A stretch of DNA of 32,161 nucleotides from a virus. Lineage: Duplodnaviria > Caudoviricetes. A model generated the notes under the pieces. The model did not search any database and was not told the origin of the DNA. It worked only from the letters and a program-made list of their open reading frames with translations. Where the stretch lies: positions 1 to 32,161 of the IMG/VR virus record IMGVR_UViG_3300025779_000010. One strand, 5' to 3'. Position numbers and translations under genes: made by a program. Shown here piece after piece: positions 24,468 to 32,161 of this stretch (its first letter is position 1; each line of letters opens with the position of its first letter).

Positions 24468-26097
24468 GGCTAGTTACTTTTGACGCACTATTTTCGGCTT
24501 TATCTGTTGTATGAATTGATACTTCTTCGTTTTTAGGCATTGGAACCCAAATATTATCTTCAGCGTTTAAATAGTCTTTCTCGGCTATTGCTTCACCTTC
24601 AGGCGATTCTTCTTCCATAATGCCAATTTCATTGTAACCACTGGTCTTGTCAGTCGCTACACGTTGACGTTCTTCTTCGCTAGAGATTGCGCCTACTTCA
24701 ATCAATGCTGCACCAACTTGTGCTTTAGCAAGGTTAGTTCTTGCCAATTCTTCAGCAGTTGGAGTATCAAGTGGCAACCAATTCAATGTTGTTTCGACAT
24801 TAATTTTCTTTTTAAGCTGTGGCTCTACAAATGATTTAATGACTAATTGGTGATGACGTTCTGCCAATGGAGTAAGGTCATGCGTTTGGATAGATTCAAG
24901 TAATTCATGGTAAGAGGCTTCTTCGTATTCGCCTGTAGAGTTAAAGCCTTTTGGTGTTGTACCGATTAATTTAGTAGCAGGTACGCCAGCGATGGCAGCA
25001 ACCAATTGGTATTGCGTCATAATCAATTGGTCAAAGTCAGCAAGAGAAGTATCGAATTGTTGGAACTCGTCACCTTCTTTATCGCCTAGCTTGATACCGT
25101 AGTTGTCACGCATTTGCGCCCAATAGTTTAAACGACCAATAGCTTGCTCTGTGTTTGACATTGCAGCTTCCATGTCAGTCAACCAAACAGTTGTACGTTT
25201 AGACATAGCTAATTGTGGAGCTTCGTTAGCTACACGTTCGGCAGCATAAACACGTTCCATGATTTGTTGAGTGAGTGGAACACCACCATAAATGTATTGA
25301 GGTTTCAATACGTCCACAGGTTCCGCATGACGGAATATGATTAAGTGTGAACGATGAACTTTCTTACCGTTGATTATCCACCAAGTTGGCTCGTAAAAAT
25401 GTAGAGTATCAGGCTGACTAGCAGCAGCTCCATCCAACATAGGGGCGCACCAATACGGGTCAACTTGCACAATCCCTTTATAGCTATTAGCAGTAACACC
25501 ATCAATATTAAAAGGCTTTTCATAGTATTCAGGGTCTGTTGATTGAACTTTGAACATTGCAACACGAACGCCAAAGATACGACCTTTGCGAATGAACTCT
25601 CTCATATTCCATGTGAGGCGCATTGAACGGTCATAAGCCTTGATAATTTTTACAGCTTCTTCGTCTAATTCGTCACCGTCAATAGATACTACGTTGTAAC
25701 CTTTACGGATTGCGTCATCGCCAGGCATTGCACAGGCTTTGTTGACAAGCCAATTTTGAGCCAAGATACCGCAAAGCTGTGCGCCAATGAAGCCTTGAGA
25801 AGCGTACCAATAGACTACAGCGTCAGATACAGAGTTATTGCCAGCATCATACATTTTAAATGATGGAACGCCATTAGAGCTATCATCCATTGCCATGCCA
25901 TTAACAGCAGGGTCAAACATTGGTTGCTGTGATTTTAATGCAGAAAATTTGTCTAATACAAAGTCTTTAATATTGTTTGAGCTTTCAATGTCACCAGCAT
26001 GAGTGCCGAATAGACTTTTACGAGCGATAGCCTTAGGCGCATCTTCCGCCTTCTTGACTTCTTCTTTCTCGCCTCTAAACCAATCTAAAATTGACAT
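24442..26097 (-). CDS. Portal protein (DUF1073-like)
   Basis: VHRSHL, VPATKLIGTTPKGFNSTGE motifs; follows TerL. Start placed at MSILDWF (26097), which has a GAGGA RBS. Confidence 0.92.
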   Translation of the reverse strand: MSILDWFRGEKEEVKKAEDAPKAIARKSLFGTHAGDIESSNNIKDFVLDKFSALKSQQPMFDPAVNGMAMDDSSNGVPSFKMYDAGNNSVSDAVVYWYASQGFIGAQLCGILAQNWLVNKACAMPGDDAIRKGYNVVSIDGDELDEEAVKIIKAYDRSMRLTWNMREFIRKGRIFGVRVAMFKVQSTDPEYYEKPFNIDGVTANSYKGIVQVDPYWCAPMLDGAAASQPDTLHFYEPTWWIINGKKVHRSHLIIFRHAEPVDVLKPQYIYGGVPLTQQIMERVYAAERVANEAPQLAMSKRTTVWLTDMEAAMSNTEQAIGRLNYWAQMRDNYGIKLGDKEGDEFQQFDTSLADFDQLIMTQYQLVAAIAGVPATKLIGTTPKGFNSTGEYEEASYHELLESIQTHDLTPLAERHHQLVIKSFVEPQLKKKINVETTLNWLPLDTPTAEELARTNLAKAQVGAALIEVGAISSEEERQRVATDKTSGYNEIGIMEEESPEGEAIAEKDYLNAEDNIWVPMPKNEEVSIHTTDKAENSASKVTSRAKKTIKK

Positions 26098-26107
26098 TAA
26101 TAATCCT

Positions 26108-27490
26108 CTATCCAAAGAAACTTCGTCTTGGTACCATTACTTCGCTAAATGCTCTTGACAACGCATCAATTTGGTCATCATTAACGCCATTAGGAAACAT
26201 TCTCATTTCATTAATAAGAGATTGATTCCATTCGCCTCTAAGCATCATGACATTACCGATATTTACTTGAGAACCCAAAGGTTCAGCTCTAGTAATTTTA
26301 TCACCACTTTCAGGTGAACTTTTTACATTATATCCTGCTAATTCTCTAGTTAAGTAAATAACTTGAGTTTTACCTGCTTGTCCTGGGTCTTGCGGTATTG
26401 AAATCTTTACGCTGCGTCCATCTAATGAAGCAGTATTTTTAATTGCAGCATCTCGTTTATCAGGACCATCTCGTAACCGAACCATGTCAGCTATGATAAA
26501 TCGCCCATCAGGCAATCTTCCAATCTTTGCGCCAGCAGTCCAATCGCCATCAACAGTTGAAGCCAAATCCCAACCTCGACACCATTTAATCTCGCCAGCA
26601 GGTAAAGCATCAATAATTGCTATTTGGTCAGGTTTAAAGATACCACCTTCTGCTGGAGCTGGACGTTGCATATATTGACCAGCAAAAACATACGGGCTGG
26701 CTTCTTCCATGCGCCTTAAATCTTCAATTGTATGCTTAGCTTCCCATAACGCTGCACCATCTTCTTTGATAGCAGGTAAACAAACGTGTTCCCAATGCTC
26801 ACCATTACCACCATTTAACAGCCAACCTGACAAATCTTCTTCATGAAGCCTTTGCATAATTAACACAATAGGCGTATCAGGGCTATTTTTACGACTTTCT
26901 AGCGTGTTTTGAAACCAGTCGATAACATTCTCTCGCATTACATCTGAACGAGCCTCATCGGCTTTGTGTGGGTCATCTATGAGGATTGCCCCACCAAACT
27001 CTTTTCTATGTTTACCAGCACCGTAACCAGTAATTGAACCACCAGCACCTACGGAATAAACTAAACCGCCAGCAGTAGTGCGCCATTCATCTTTGGCTTT
27101 GCTATCGCTTTGTAAAATTGTATTAGGGAATATCTCACGATATTCATTGCTATCTACAATTTCTCGTGTTTGCCAAGAAAAGTTACTGGCTAATCTTGCT
27201 GAATAGCTTGTATAAATAAATTCACTGTCAGGATGATGCCCAAGCGTCCATGACATAAAGTTTTTAATTGCCAACTCTGTTTTGGAATAACGTGGCGGAA
27301 TGTTAATAATAAGACGTTTGATTTCGCCCTTATAAACTTTCATCAACCATTTACATATTTCTTCATGGTGTTCTGCTTGAAGCCATTTATAACCATGCTT
27401 CTGTAAAAACATCCAGCGACTGTAATAATAAAAGTCTGTTCGAGCTAAAATTGCTGAGGATTGTATTTCCTCTGAATGATATTCACGCAT
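26108..27490 (-). CDS. terL: Terminase large subunit
   Basis: INIPPRYSKT Walker A, ILIDDPHK Walker B, MQRLH, GWDLA and DDQIDA nuclease motifs. Confidence 0.97.
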   Translation of the reverse strand: MREYHSEEIQSSAILARTDFYYYSRWMFLQKHGYKWLQAEHHEEICKWLMKVYKGEIKRLIINIPPRYSKTELAIKNFMSWTLGHHPDSEFIYTSYSARLASNFSWQTREIVDSNEYREIFPNTILQSDSKAKDEWRTTAGGLVYSVGAGGSITGYGAGKHRKEFGGAILIDDPHKADEARSDVMRENVIDWFQNTLESRKNSPDTPIVLIMQRLHEEDLSGWLLNGGNGEHWEHVCLPAIKEDGAALWEAKHTIEDLRRMEEASPYVFAGQYMQRPAPAEGGIFKPDQIAIIDALPAGEIKWCRGWDLASTVDGDWTAGAKIGRLPDGRFIIADMVRLRDGPDKRDAAIKNTASLDGRSVKISIPQDPGQAGKTQVIYLTRELAGYNVKSSPESGDKITRAEPLGSQVNIGNVMMLRGEWNQSLINEMRMFPNGVNDDQIDALSRAFSEVMVPRRSFFG

Positions 27491-27996
27491 TAAACTTCTC
27501 TTAACAATCTTTGCGCTATTTCTTGGAAGCGTTCGGGTGTTAGTTGTGTATTGTTTACTTGCGTATTAACTTGTAATACTGAATTCTTAGGCTCTATTAC
27601 ATCCCTAGCCTTTAGGATTGTATCAGCTCTATGTTTAAAATCTAATTGATTAACACAAGATGCTTTCATGGCTTCTTGAGCATTTTTAAGAGCAGCCTTG
27701 TTTAAATAATCTAACCAAACAAACTTTTCATCTACTAATGTTTTTACTACATCAACTTGTGTTGAATTTAATGTGGATTTTTCTTCTTCTACTTCACTAA
27801 GGCTTTGTTTTGCTTGTATTTCTTTTTCAACAAGGTGTTGAATTTTAGCTTTAGTCCAACCTTCTTGCTTTGCTTTTTTACTTATTGAACTTCTATCTTT
27901 TATTTTTACTTCTTTACGTTCGGTTATTTCAGACAAAGATAATCCGCTTTCAAAGAAAGCCTGAACAACATCCCAGTCTTTTTTGTCATACGCCAT
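27490..27996 (-). CDS. terS: Terminase small subunit
   Basis: N-terminal HTH-like region (SLSEI...SSISKKAKQEGW); TAATG-coupled to TerL. Confidence 0.8.
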   Translation of the reverse strand: MAYDKKDWDVVQAFFESGLSLSEITERKEVKIKDRSSISKKAKQEGWTKAKIQHLVEKEIQAKQSLSEVEEEKSTLNSTQVDVVKTLVDEKFVWLDYLNKAALKNAQEAMKASCVNQLDFKHRADTILKARDVIEPKNSVLQVNTQVNNTQLTPERFQEIAQRLLREV

Positions 27997-28002
27997 ATAT
28001 AA

Positions 28003-28170
28003 TTACCAGCCTAATTGATTTACGACCAATTCCATAACTAAAATTTCTAGTTTTTCTTTGTTAGGCATTGTATTCATTTTTAATTCTGCTTTTGCCTTGT
28101 GCGTAAATAAACATTCATCAACTGGTGATTTGTCGTGTTTAAAAACCACACACCATCTTTTAAATGTCAT
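28003..28170 (-). CDS. Small hypothetical protein (55 aa, missed by ORF track)
   Basis: MTFKRWCVVFKHDKSPVDECLFTHKAKAELKMNTMPNKEKLEILVMELVVNQLGW; overlaps methyltransferase end and fills the gap to terS. Confidence 0.65.
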   Translation of the reverse strand: MTFKRWCVVFKHDKSPVDECLFTHKAKAELKMNTMPNKEKLEILVMELVVNQLGW

Positions 28171-29323
28171 TAATTAACTGTGCTTTTTTACCTGTAAAGT
28201 CTTCCCAACGCTTAACAATTACATCACAATAATGTGGTTCAAATTCCATCATAAAGCATGAACGATTAGTTTTTTCACAAGCTATTAATGTTGAACCTGA
28301 GCCACCAAACAAATCTAATACTGTGTTTACTTCTTTAAAATAATCAAATGACCATTCAGCCAAAGCTACAGGTTTTTGTGTTGGATGAACACGCTTTTGA
28401 CCATGCTCTGAACCTTTGATTAAACCTTTCCATAAATGTCTAAATATTCTAACGCTTGACCATTTAGATTTAACCCAAGCTAGTTCACAATCTGACTGTG
28501 TATCTTTTTGCTTTTCTTCAACACGCTTATCCCAAACAAACCAATTGTTAGATTGTGGCAAAGCGTGACAATAATAATTAGCACCCCACCAAACTTGTCT
28601 TGGTATATTTAATGCACCCTCTACAATTTGATAAGCCTCTACAGCATAATCAATTGTATCGTCTTTAAAATCTTTTAATTTATTGCCTTGAGCTAAACCA
28701 CCACGTTTAGACCTATCACCTTTTTCATTAATTCCATAAAGAGGGTCTGTGTAACATAAATCAATCTTTGTGCTATTAACTAACTTATCCACAGCATCAA
28801 TGCTTGTGCTATCGCCACACATCAAACGATGATTACCTAGCTGATATATATCCCCCAACTTTGTAATTGGCTCGTATGGCACATCAGGAATGGCATCCTC
28901 ATCTGTTAAACCTTCTATTTGCTCAGGTTCAATAATTTTATCTAAAAATTCTTCATCAAAACCTAAAAGAGATATATCAAAATCAAATTCTTTTAAATCT
29001 TCAATTTCAATTTTTAACATTTCTAAATCCCAACCAGCATTTAATGCTAGGGAATTATCTGCAATAACATACGCACGTTTTTGAGCTTCGGTTAATCCAG
29101 CAAGAGTAATAGTTGGAGCTTCAGTAAAATTTAATTTTGAAGCAGCAAGAACTCGCCCGTGACCAGCAATTATGCTTCCTGTTTCATCGATTAAAATAGG
29201 ATTAGTCCAGCCAAACTCTTTTATGCTTGAAGCAATTTGAGATATTTGTTCATTGGAATGAGTGCGTGAATTCCTTGCGTAAGGAATAAGTGAATCTATT
29301 TTTTTATATTCAATTTTAAGCAT
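28160..29323 (-). CDS. ParB-like domain fused to N4/N6 DNA methyltransferase (catalytic motif reads DPLY)
   Basis: LIPYARNSRTH...IIAGHGR...IADN ParB-N domain; HRLMCGDS, TDPLYG, HPTQKPV, DLFGGSGST. Confidence 0.92.
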   Translation of the reverse strand: MLKIEYKKIDSLIPYARNSRTHSNEQISQIASSIKEFGWTNPILIDETGSIIAGHGRVLAASKLNFTEAPTITLAGLTEAQKRAYVIADNSLALNAGWDLEMLKIEIEDLKEFDFDISLLGFDEEFLDKIIEPEQIEGLTDEDAIPDVPYEPITKLGDIYQLGNHRLMCGDSTSIDAVDKLVNSTKIDLCYTDPLYGINEKGDRSKRGGLAQGNKLKDFKDDTIDYAVEAYQIVEGALNIPRQVWWGANYYCHALPQSNNWFVWDKRVEEKQKDTQSDCELAWVKSKWSSVRIFRHLWKGLIKGSEHGQKRVHPTQKPVALAEWSFDYFKEVNTVLDLFGGSGSTLIACEKTNRSCFMMEFEPHYCDVIVKRWEDFTGKKAQLINDI

Positions 29324-29352
29324 AATTTTTAGACGAGCTTATCCCCACAGTC

Positions 29353-29380
29353 AAAATATCATATCTATGAATTATGTCAA
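29353..29380 (-). promoter_or_regulatory. Putative sigma70 promoter for packaging/morphogenesis operon
   Basis: TTGACA (29380-29375), 16 nt spacer ending in TGn, TATTTT (29358-29353), in one of the few intergenic gaps. Confidence 0.65.
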
Positions 29381-29388
29381 GCATTATT

Positions 29389-29634
29389 TTACCACTCCGT
29401 TTTATGTGGTTCGTCACAATCATACGGGTCTATTGTTGCAACCCATTTATCCCAAAGCGTCCAAGCCTCACCTAAATTATTATATGTTTTTAAAGATATG
29501 CCATAACTTGCTCTAATTGGCTGCCATAATGTGCTGTCTTGCGGAAGATACTTTGCGCCAATATGAATCAATGGCGTATTGCGTAAATGGTGCTCTTTAG
29601 GTAAAGTTTTTAAATCTACTTCAATATATTTCAT
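29389..29634 (-). CDS. Hypothetical protein
   Basis: Likely start MKYIEVDL at 29634 via TGATG overlap with the upstream stop. Confidence 0.6.
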   Translation of the reverse strand: MKYIEVDLKTLPKEHHLRNTPLIHIGAKYLPQDSTLWQPIRASYGISLKTYNNLGEAWTLWDKWVATIDPYDCDEPHKTEW

Positions 29635-29981
29635 CAGACTACTCCAGCTACTGTTAGCTTTCGCCACAAATAATCATGTCCGAATGAAAGCGCAGTTTCG
29701 TATTGATAATGATATTTCCATTCGTTAGGTAACAGACCAATAGAAATTTGTATTGCGTCTACCATAAATCCCTTGCCTGATTGCGTTAAGCTGGTCATGG
29801 CTGCATCTACGATTTGAACTGTGTAGTTGTCGCAATCATCGCCAATGTCATCCCAGCAATTTACGCCACCGCTAGAGATACCCATAGATTTTTGCGGATA
29901 ACCTAAACGTGAACCATCATGGCGCATCCATATAGCCCATAATTCAAGACATTCTTTAAGTCTAATAACATCAATTACCAT
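29634..29981 (-). CDS. Putative Q-like antiterminator/late transcription regulator
   Basis: L..WA.WMR....RLGYP.KS N-terminal pattern; located just upstream of the putative late promoter. Confidence 0.55.
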   Translation of the reverse strand: MVIDVIRLKECLELWAIWMRHDGSRLGYPQKSMGISSGGVNCWDDIGDDCDNYTVQIVDAAMTSLTQSGKGFMVDAIQISIGLLPNEWKYHYQYETALSFGHDYLWRKLTVAGVV

Positions 29982-30168
29982 ATAAATATCTAGCAGCTTC
30001 TCTTATAGCTTCAGCCAATGTGGTTTCTCTTGTATTCTTTGGCAGCTTGGCAAGTTGTTCTTCGGTAAAGATTGCAACTTTATTTTCTCGCCATCCGTTT
30101 TTTTTAATAACAAAAGGGTCAGGTACACTTGAAACCATGTTAGCCAACGAACTTCTAATTCTTGCCAT
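29971..30168 (-). CDS. Hypothetical protein
   Basis: Likely start MARIRSS at 30168; overlaps both neighbours. Confidence 0.6.
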   Translation of the reverse strand: MARIRSSLANMVSSVPDPFVIKKNGWRENKVAIFTEEQLAKLPKNTRETTLAEAIREAARYLYGN

Positions 30169-30295
30169 TAGAATGAAACCCAAATGCAAATGCCAAAATT
30201 AACCACCTTATTTCAAATGAACTACGTTTAGTATAAATTACAATTGTTGGAATTAAATAAATGGAACGTAAATCTAATCCCAATACAAAAAACAT
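30155..30295 (-). CDS. Small hydrophobic protein (46 aa, missed by ORF track)
   Basis: GGGAG RBS; MFFVLGLDLRSIYLIPTIVIYTKRSSFEIRWLILAFAFGFHSNGKN. Confidence 0.55.
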   Translation of the reverse strand: MFFVLGLDLRSIYLIPTIVIYTKRSSFEIRWLILAFAFGFHSNGKN

Positions 30296-30327
30296 AGTTT
30301 ACTCCCAATTTGTTATGTAACTATACC

Positions 30328-30438
30328 TCATTTTTTACAATGATTGTATAAATCTTGAAACCAAAACCAAACAATTACAAAAGGAAGCCATATAGGAAAA
30401 GTTAAAACAATTAACCATATTTTATGTTTCAACTTCAA
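30328..30438 (-). CDS. Small membrane peptide (36 aa, TTG start)
   Basis: Starts directly after the dioxygenase stop: MKLKHKIWLIVLTFPIWLPFVIVWFWFQDLYNHCKK, one TM segment. Confidence 0.45.
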   Translation of the reverse strand: MKLKHKIWLIVLTFPIWLPFVIVWFWFQDLYNHCKK

Positions 30439-31242
30439 TTATTTATCCCAATAATTATTAAATGCTTTTAAAGGATAAAATACAAGAGAGTTTCTATAGC
30501 CTTTTTCAGAAAGAGGAACAATAGGAGTAACGCCATGAACGTTGCGCCAAGCAGGGTAAACAAGCATACTATTGTCGCTAGAATCAACAGTCGCACCGTA
30601 ATCAGGAACGGTAGTATTGCCACCTCGAGCAAATTCTCTTTTTGCAATAATAACATTTACGCAATCCTTAAGGTTAGCAGAGTCGATATGATAATTAGCT
30701 GCAATGTTAAAATTTGAAATAGAACTTGTAAACAACTTTCCAAATCTAAATTTAGGAGGCACATTTTCTTCAATTGTTTTTAACTGTTTGTCATAAACAT
30801 TAGGTATTATTTTTTTTATTAATTCTTCCGATTCTCTGCAAGCAAGCAACATAGCTTTAATAAATGTTTGAGCCGATTTTTCATTGTGAATTGTTGATAT
30901 TCTAGGGTAAGGCATCCTCATGTGAGGTCTTGGAGCACAAGAGCCTATAATCGCGCTGTATTGGTCAACAAGCAACCTTCCTTCTTTTTCAAGTTTTTCA
31001 ATGTACCATTTGCTTTTTGGACCACGATTCATTACTGTTTTTGGTACTCGGTCAGATAAAAATTCAGCGTTTGCTATTTCTACATATTTTTTTAATTTGT
31101 CAGGTATATTTTTAATATAAAAACCAATGGGTTCGCCGTCGGCAACAAAAATAGTGTCCTCAATAACATTTGGTTGCAAATCAGGACATTCATGACCTAT
31201 TTTTACATCGTGCGGTTGTTTTTTAAGATGCAATATTTTCAT
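30439..31242 (-). CDS. TET/JBP-family 2OG-Fe(II) dioxygenase
   Basis: FTSSISNFNIAANYHID (HxD), VHGVTPI (distal His), YRNSLVFY (2OG-binding Arg); context with kinase and transferase. Confidence 0.85.
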   Translation of the reverse strand: MKILHLKKQPHDVKIGHECPDLQPNVIEDTIFVADGEPIGFYIKNIPDKLKKYVEIANAEFLSDRVPKTVMNRGPKSKWYIEKLEKEGRLLVDQYSAIIGSCAPRPHMRMPYPRISTIHNEKSAQTFIKAMLLACRESEELIKKIIPNVYDKQLKTIEENVPPKFRFGKLFTSSISNFNIAANYHIDSANLKDCVNVIIAKREFARGGNTTVPDYGATVDSSDNSMLVYPAWRNVHGVTPIVPLSEKGYRNSLVFYPLKAFNNYWDK

Positions 31243-31711
31243 TTAACATTCTCTTTATAATTAAAAGTGCTGTGTCACTATCCAAAACTTCAATATTGTG
31301 TTTAATGTTATTAACTCTTGTTTGAATAGATTTTAATTGCCGTTCACTTTGATTTGATTTTCTTTTTTTTCTTCCAGCTTCACCGTCATCCATTATTTTT
31401 ACAATTGTTGGTGAAAATTTAGCTATAAAAGTGCTGTTAGTAAATCTATCGCCTTCACATACGATAATTGAATTGTATTTTTCTTGCAATTTTTTTAGCA
31501 AATCGCAATCGCTCATAACAGCCATACTTAATTTATCGCTACCTTCAAACGTACTTTTGTCATAATTTCCAAGAACAAAGATTTTATCGTTTGTTTGAAA
31601 TACAACTTTTCCTATTTTGGCTTTTTTATTTAATTTAAATTCTTCTATAATTTTATTCATTACCCAAGTTTTACCGCTTCCGCAATTACCTATAAGCAAT
31701 ATGGTTGTCAT
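31223..31711 (-). CDS. P-loop nucleotide kinase of DNA-modification clusters (PLNK3-like)
   Basis: LLIGNCGSGKT Walker A, LG.Y....FEGSDKLS, IIVCEGDRF, R..R.SNQ motifs. Confidence 0.82.
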   Translation of the reverse strand: MTTILLIGNCGSGKTWVMNKIIEEFKLNKKAKIGKVVFQTNDKIFVLGNYDKSTFEGSDKLSMAVMSDCDLLKKLQEKYNSIIVCEGDRFTNSTFIAKFSPTIVKIMDDGEAGRKKRKSNQSERQLKSIQTRVNNIKHNIEVLDSDTALLIIKRMLNENIAS

Positions 31712-32161
31712 AACGATTCAACTCCTGTTAAGCCTTTAGTAGTCCAAAGTTTTTTTCTTTCTTTTCTAATCCCTTTCCATCCATTAAGTTCGCCTAACAA
31801 ATTGTGATTAAAACTTTTGTATCTTATTTCTAATATTGTTCTCCAAAGCTCTTTTTTTTCAGGCCAAGTTTTGTTGTATTCAATAATGTATTCTAATTGC
31901 CTGTCATGATGATATCCGCCATACCTGCTGTTTTTAAATAAATTTCTAAAACTACATAATTTGGTTATAAATAACGGAATATCAACTTTTTGTTTATATT
32001 TATTTTCAATTGCTTGTTCAATGGTTTTTACAGTATTTAATAAAACAGGATACCAAACTTCTAATTCTGATTTTTTTATAAGTTTTTTATCAAACTTATT
32101 AGCAAGCTCATCTTGATAAATAATATTAAACACAGCAGATGTTAAATTGTCGCAATTTTCC
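31708..32161 (-). CDS. Partial amino acid:DNA transferase (aGPT-Pplase2-like), C-terminal part
   Basis: Frame stays open to the window edge (ENCDNLTSAVFNII...); LCSFR.LFK..RYGGY..DRQ, WP....W....R, LGE..GW.GI motifs. Confidence 0.7.
   Translation of the reverse strand, partial: ENCDNLTSAVFNIIYQDELANKFDKKLIKKSELEVWYPVLLNTVKTIEQAIENKYKQKVDIPLFITKLCSFRNLFKNSRYGGYHHDRQLEYIIEYNKTWPEKKELWRTILEIRYKSFNHNLLGELNGWKGIRKERKKLWTTKGLTGVESL

Noticed and set aside
24442-26097. Anti-CBASS (Acb1) label sometimes attached to DUF1073 proteins
   Set aside because: Size, motifs and position between TerL and MuF identify a portal protein.
2386-30717. Short plus-strand and nested ORFs in the track (e.g. 2386..2622, 4381..4668, 15734..16018, 16991..17203, 26484..26678, 30535..30717)
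   Set aside because: They lie wholly on top of well-supported genes, lack RBS or motifs, and are expected shadow frames.
1-32161. Stop-codon reassignment, tRNA genes, integrase/att sites
   Set aside because: All core genes are full length in the standard code, intergenic gaps are too short or lack cloverleaf features, and no integrase is in the window.

Overview
A 32 kb stretch of an AT-rich tailed phage (or prophage) genome. Nearly every gene is on the minus strand in one tightly coupled unit. Read right to left it contains: a DNA hypermodification cluster (truncated aGPT-Pplase2-like amino acid:DNA transferase, P-loop nucleotide kinase, TET/JBP-family 2OG-Fe(II) dioxygenase); small ORFs and a Q-like regulator; a sigma70-type promoter; a ParB-methyltransferase fusion; terminase; portal; MuF-like minor head protein; an extra fibre/appendage module; a Nudix-fused prohead protease; capsid; neck; contractile tail; baseplate; tail fibre; holin and SAR endolysin. 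The morphogenesis module is myovirus-like (DUF1073/DUF2213/DUF2184/DUF4054/DUF3383/DUF2612 type), and the lysis genes imply a Gram-negative host. The most striking feature is that two unrelated HNH endonuclease genes each sit inside the first codons of an essential virion gene. Each leaves the old start behind and is followed by a recoded replacement start. The antisense one also keeps its opposite strand stop-free, bridging the old start to the new one. Also notable are no GATC found by manual scan, a recurrent AMD motif in head proteins, and a DPLY variant of the methyltransferase catalytic motif. All family assignments come from motif recognition and synteny, not database searches.
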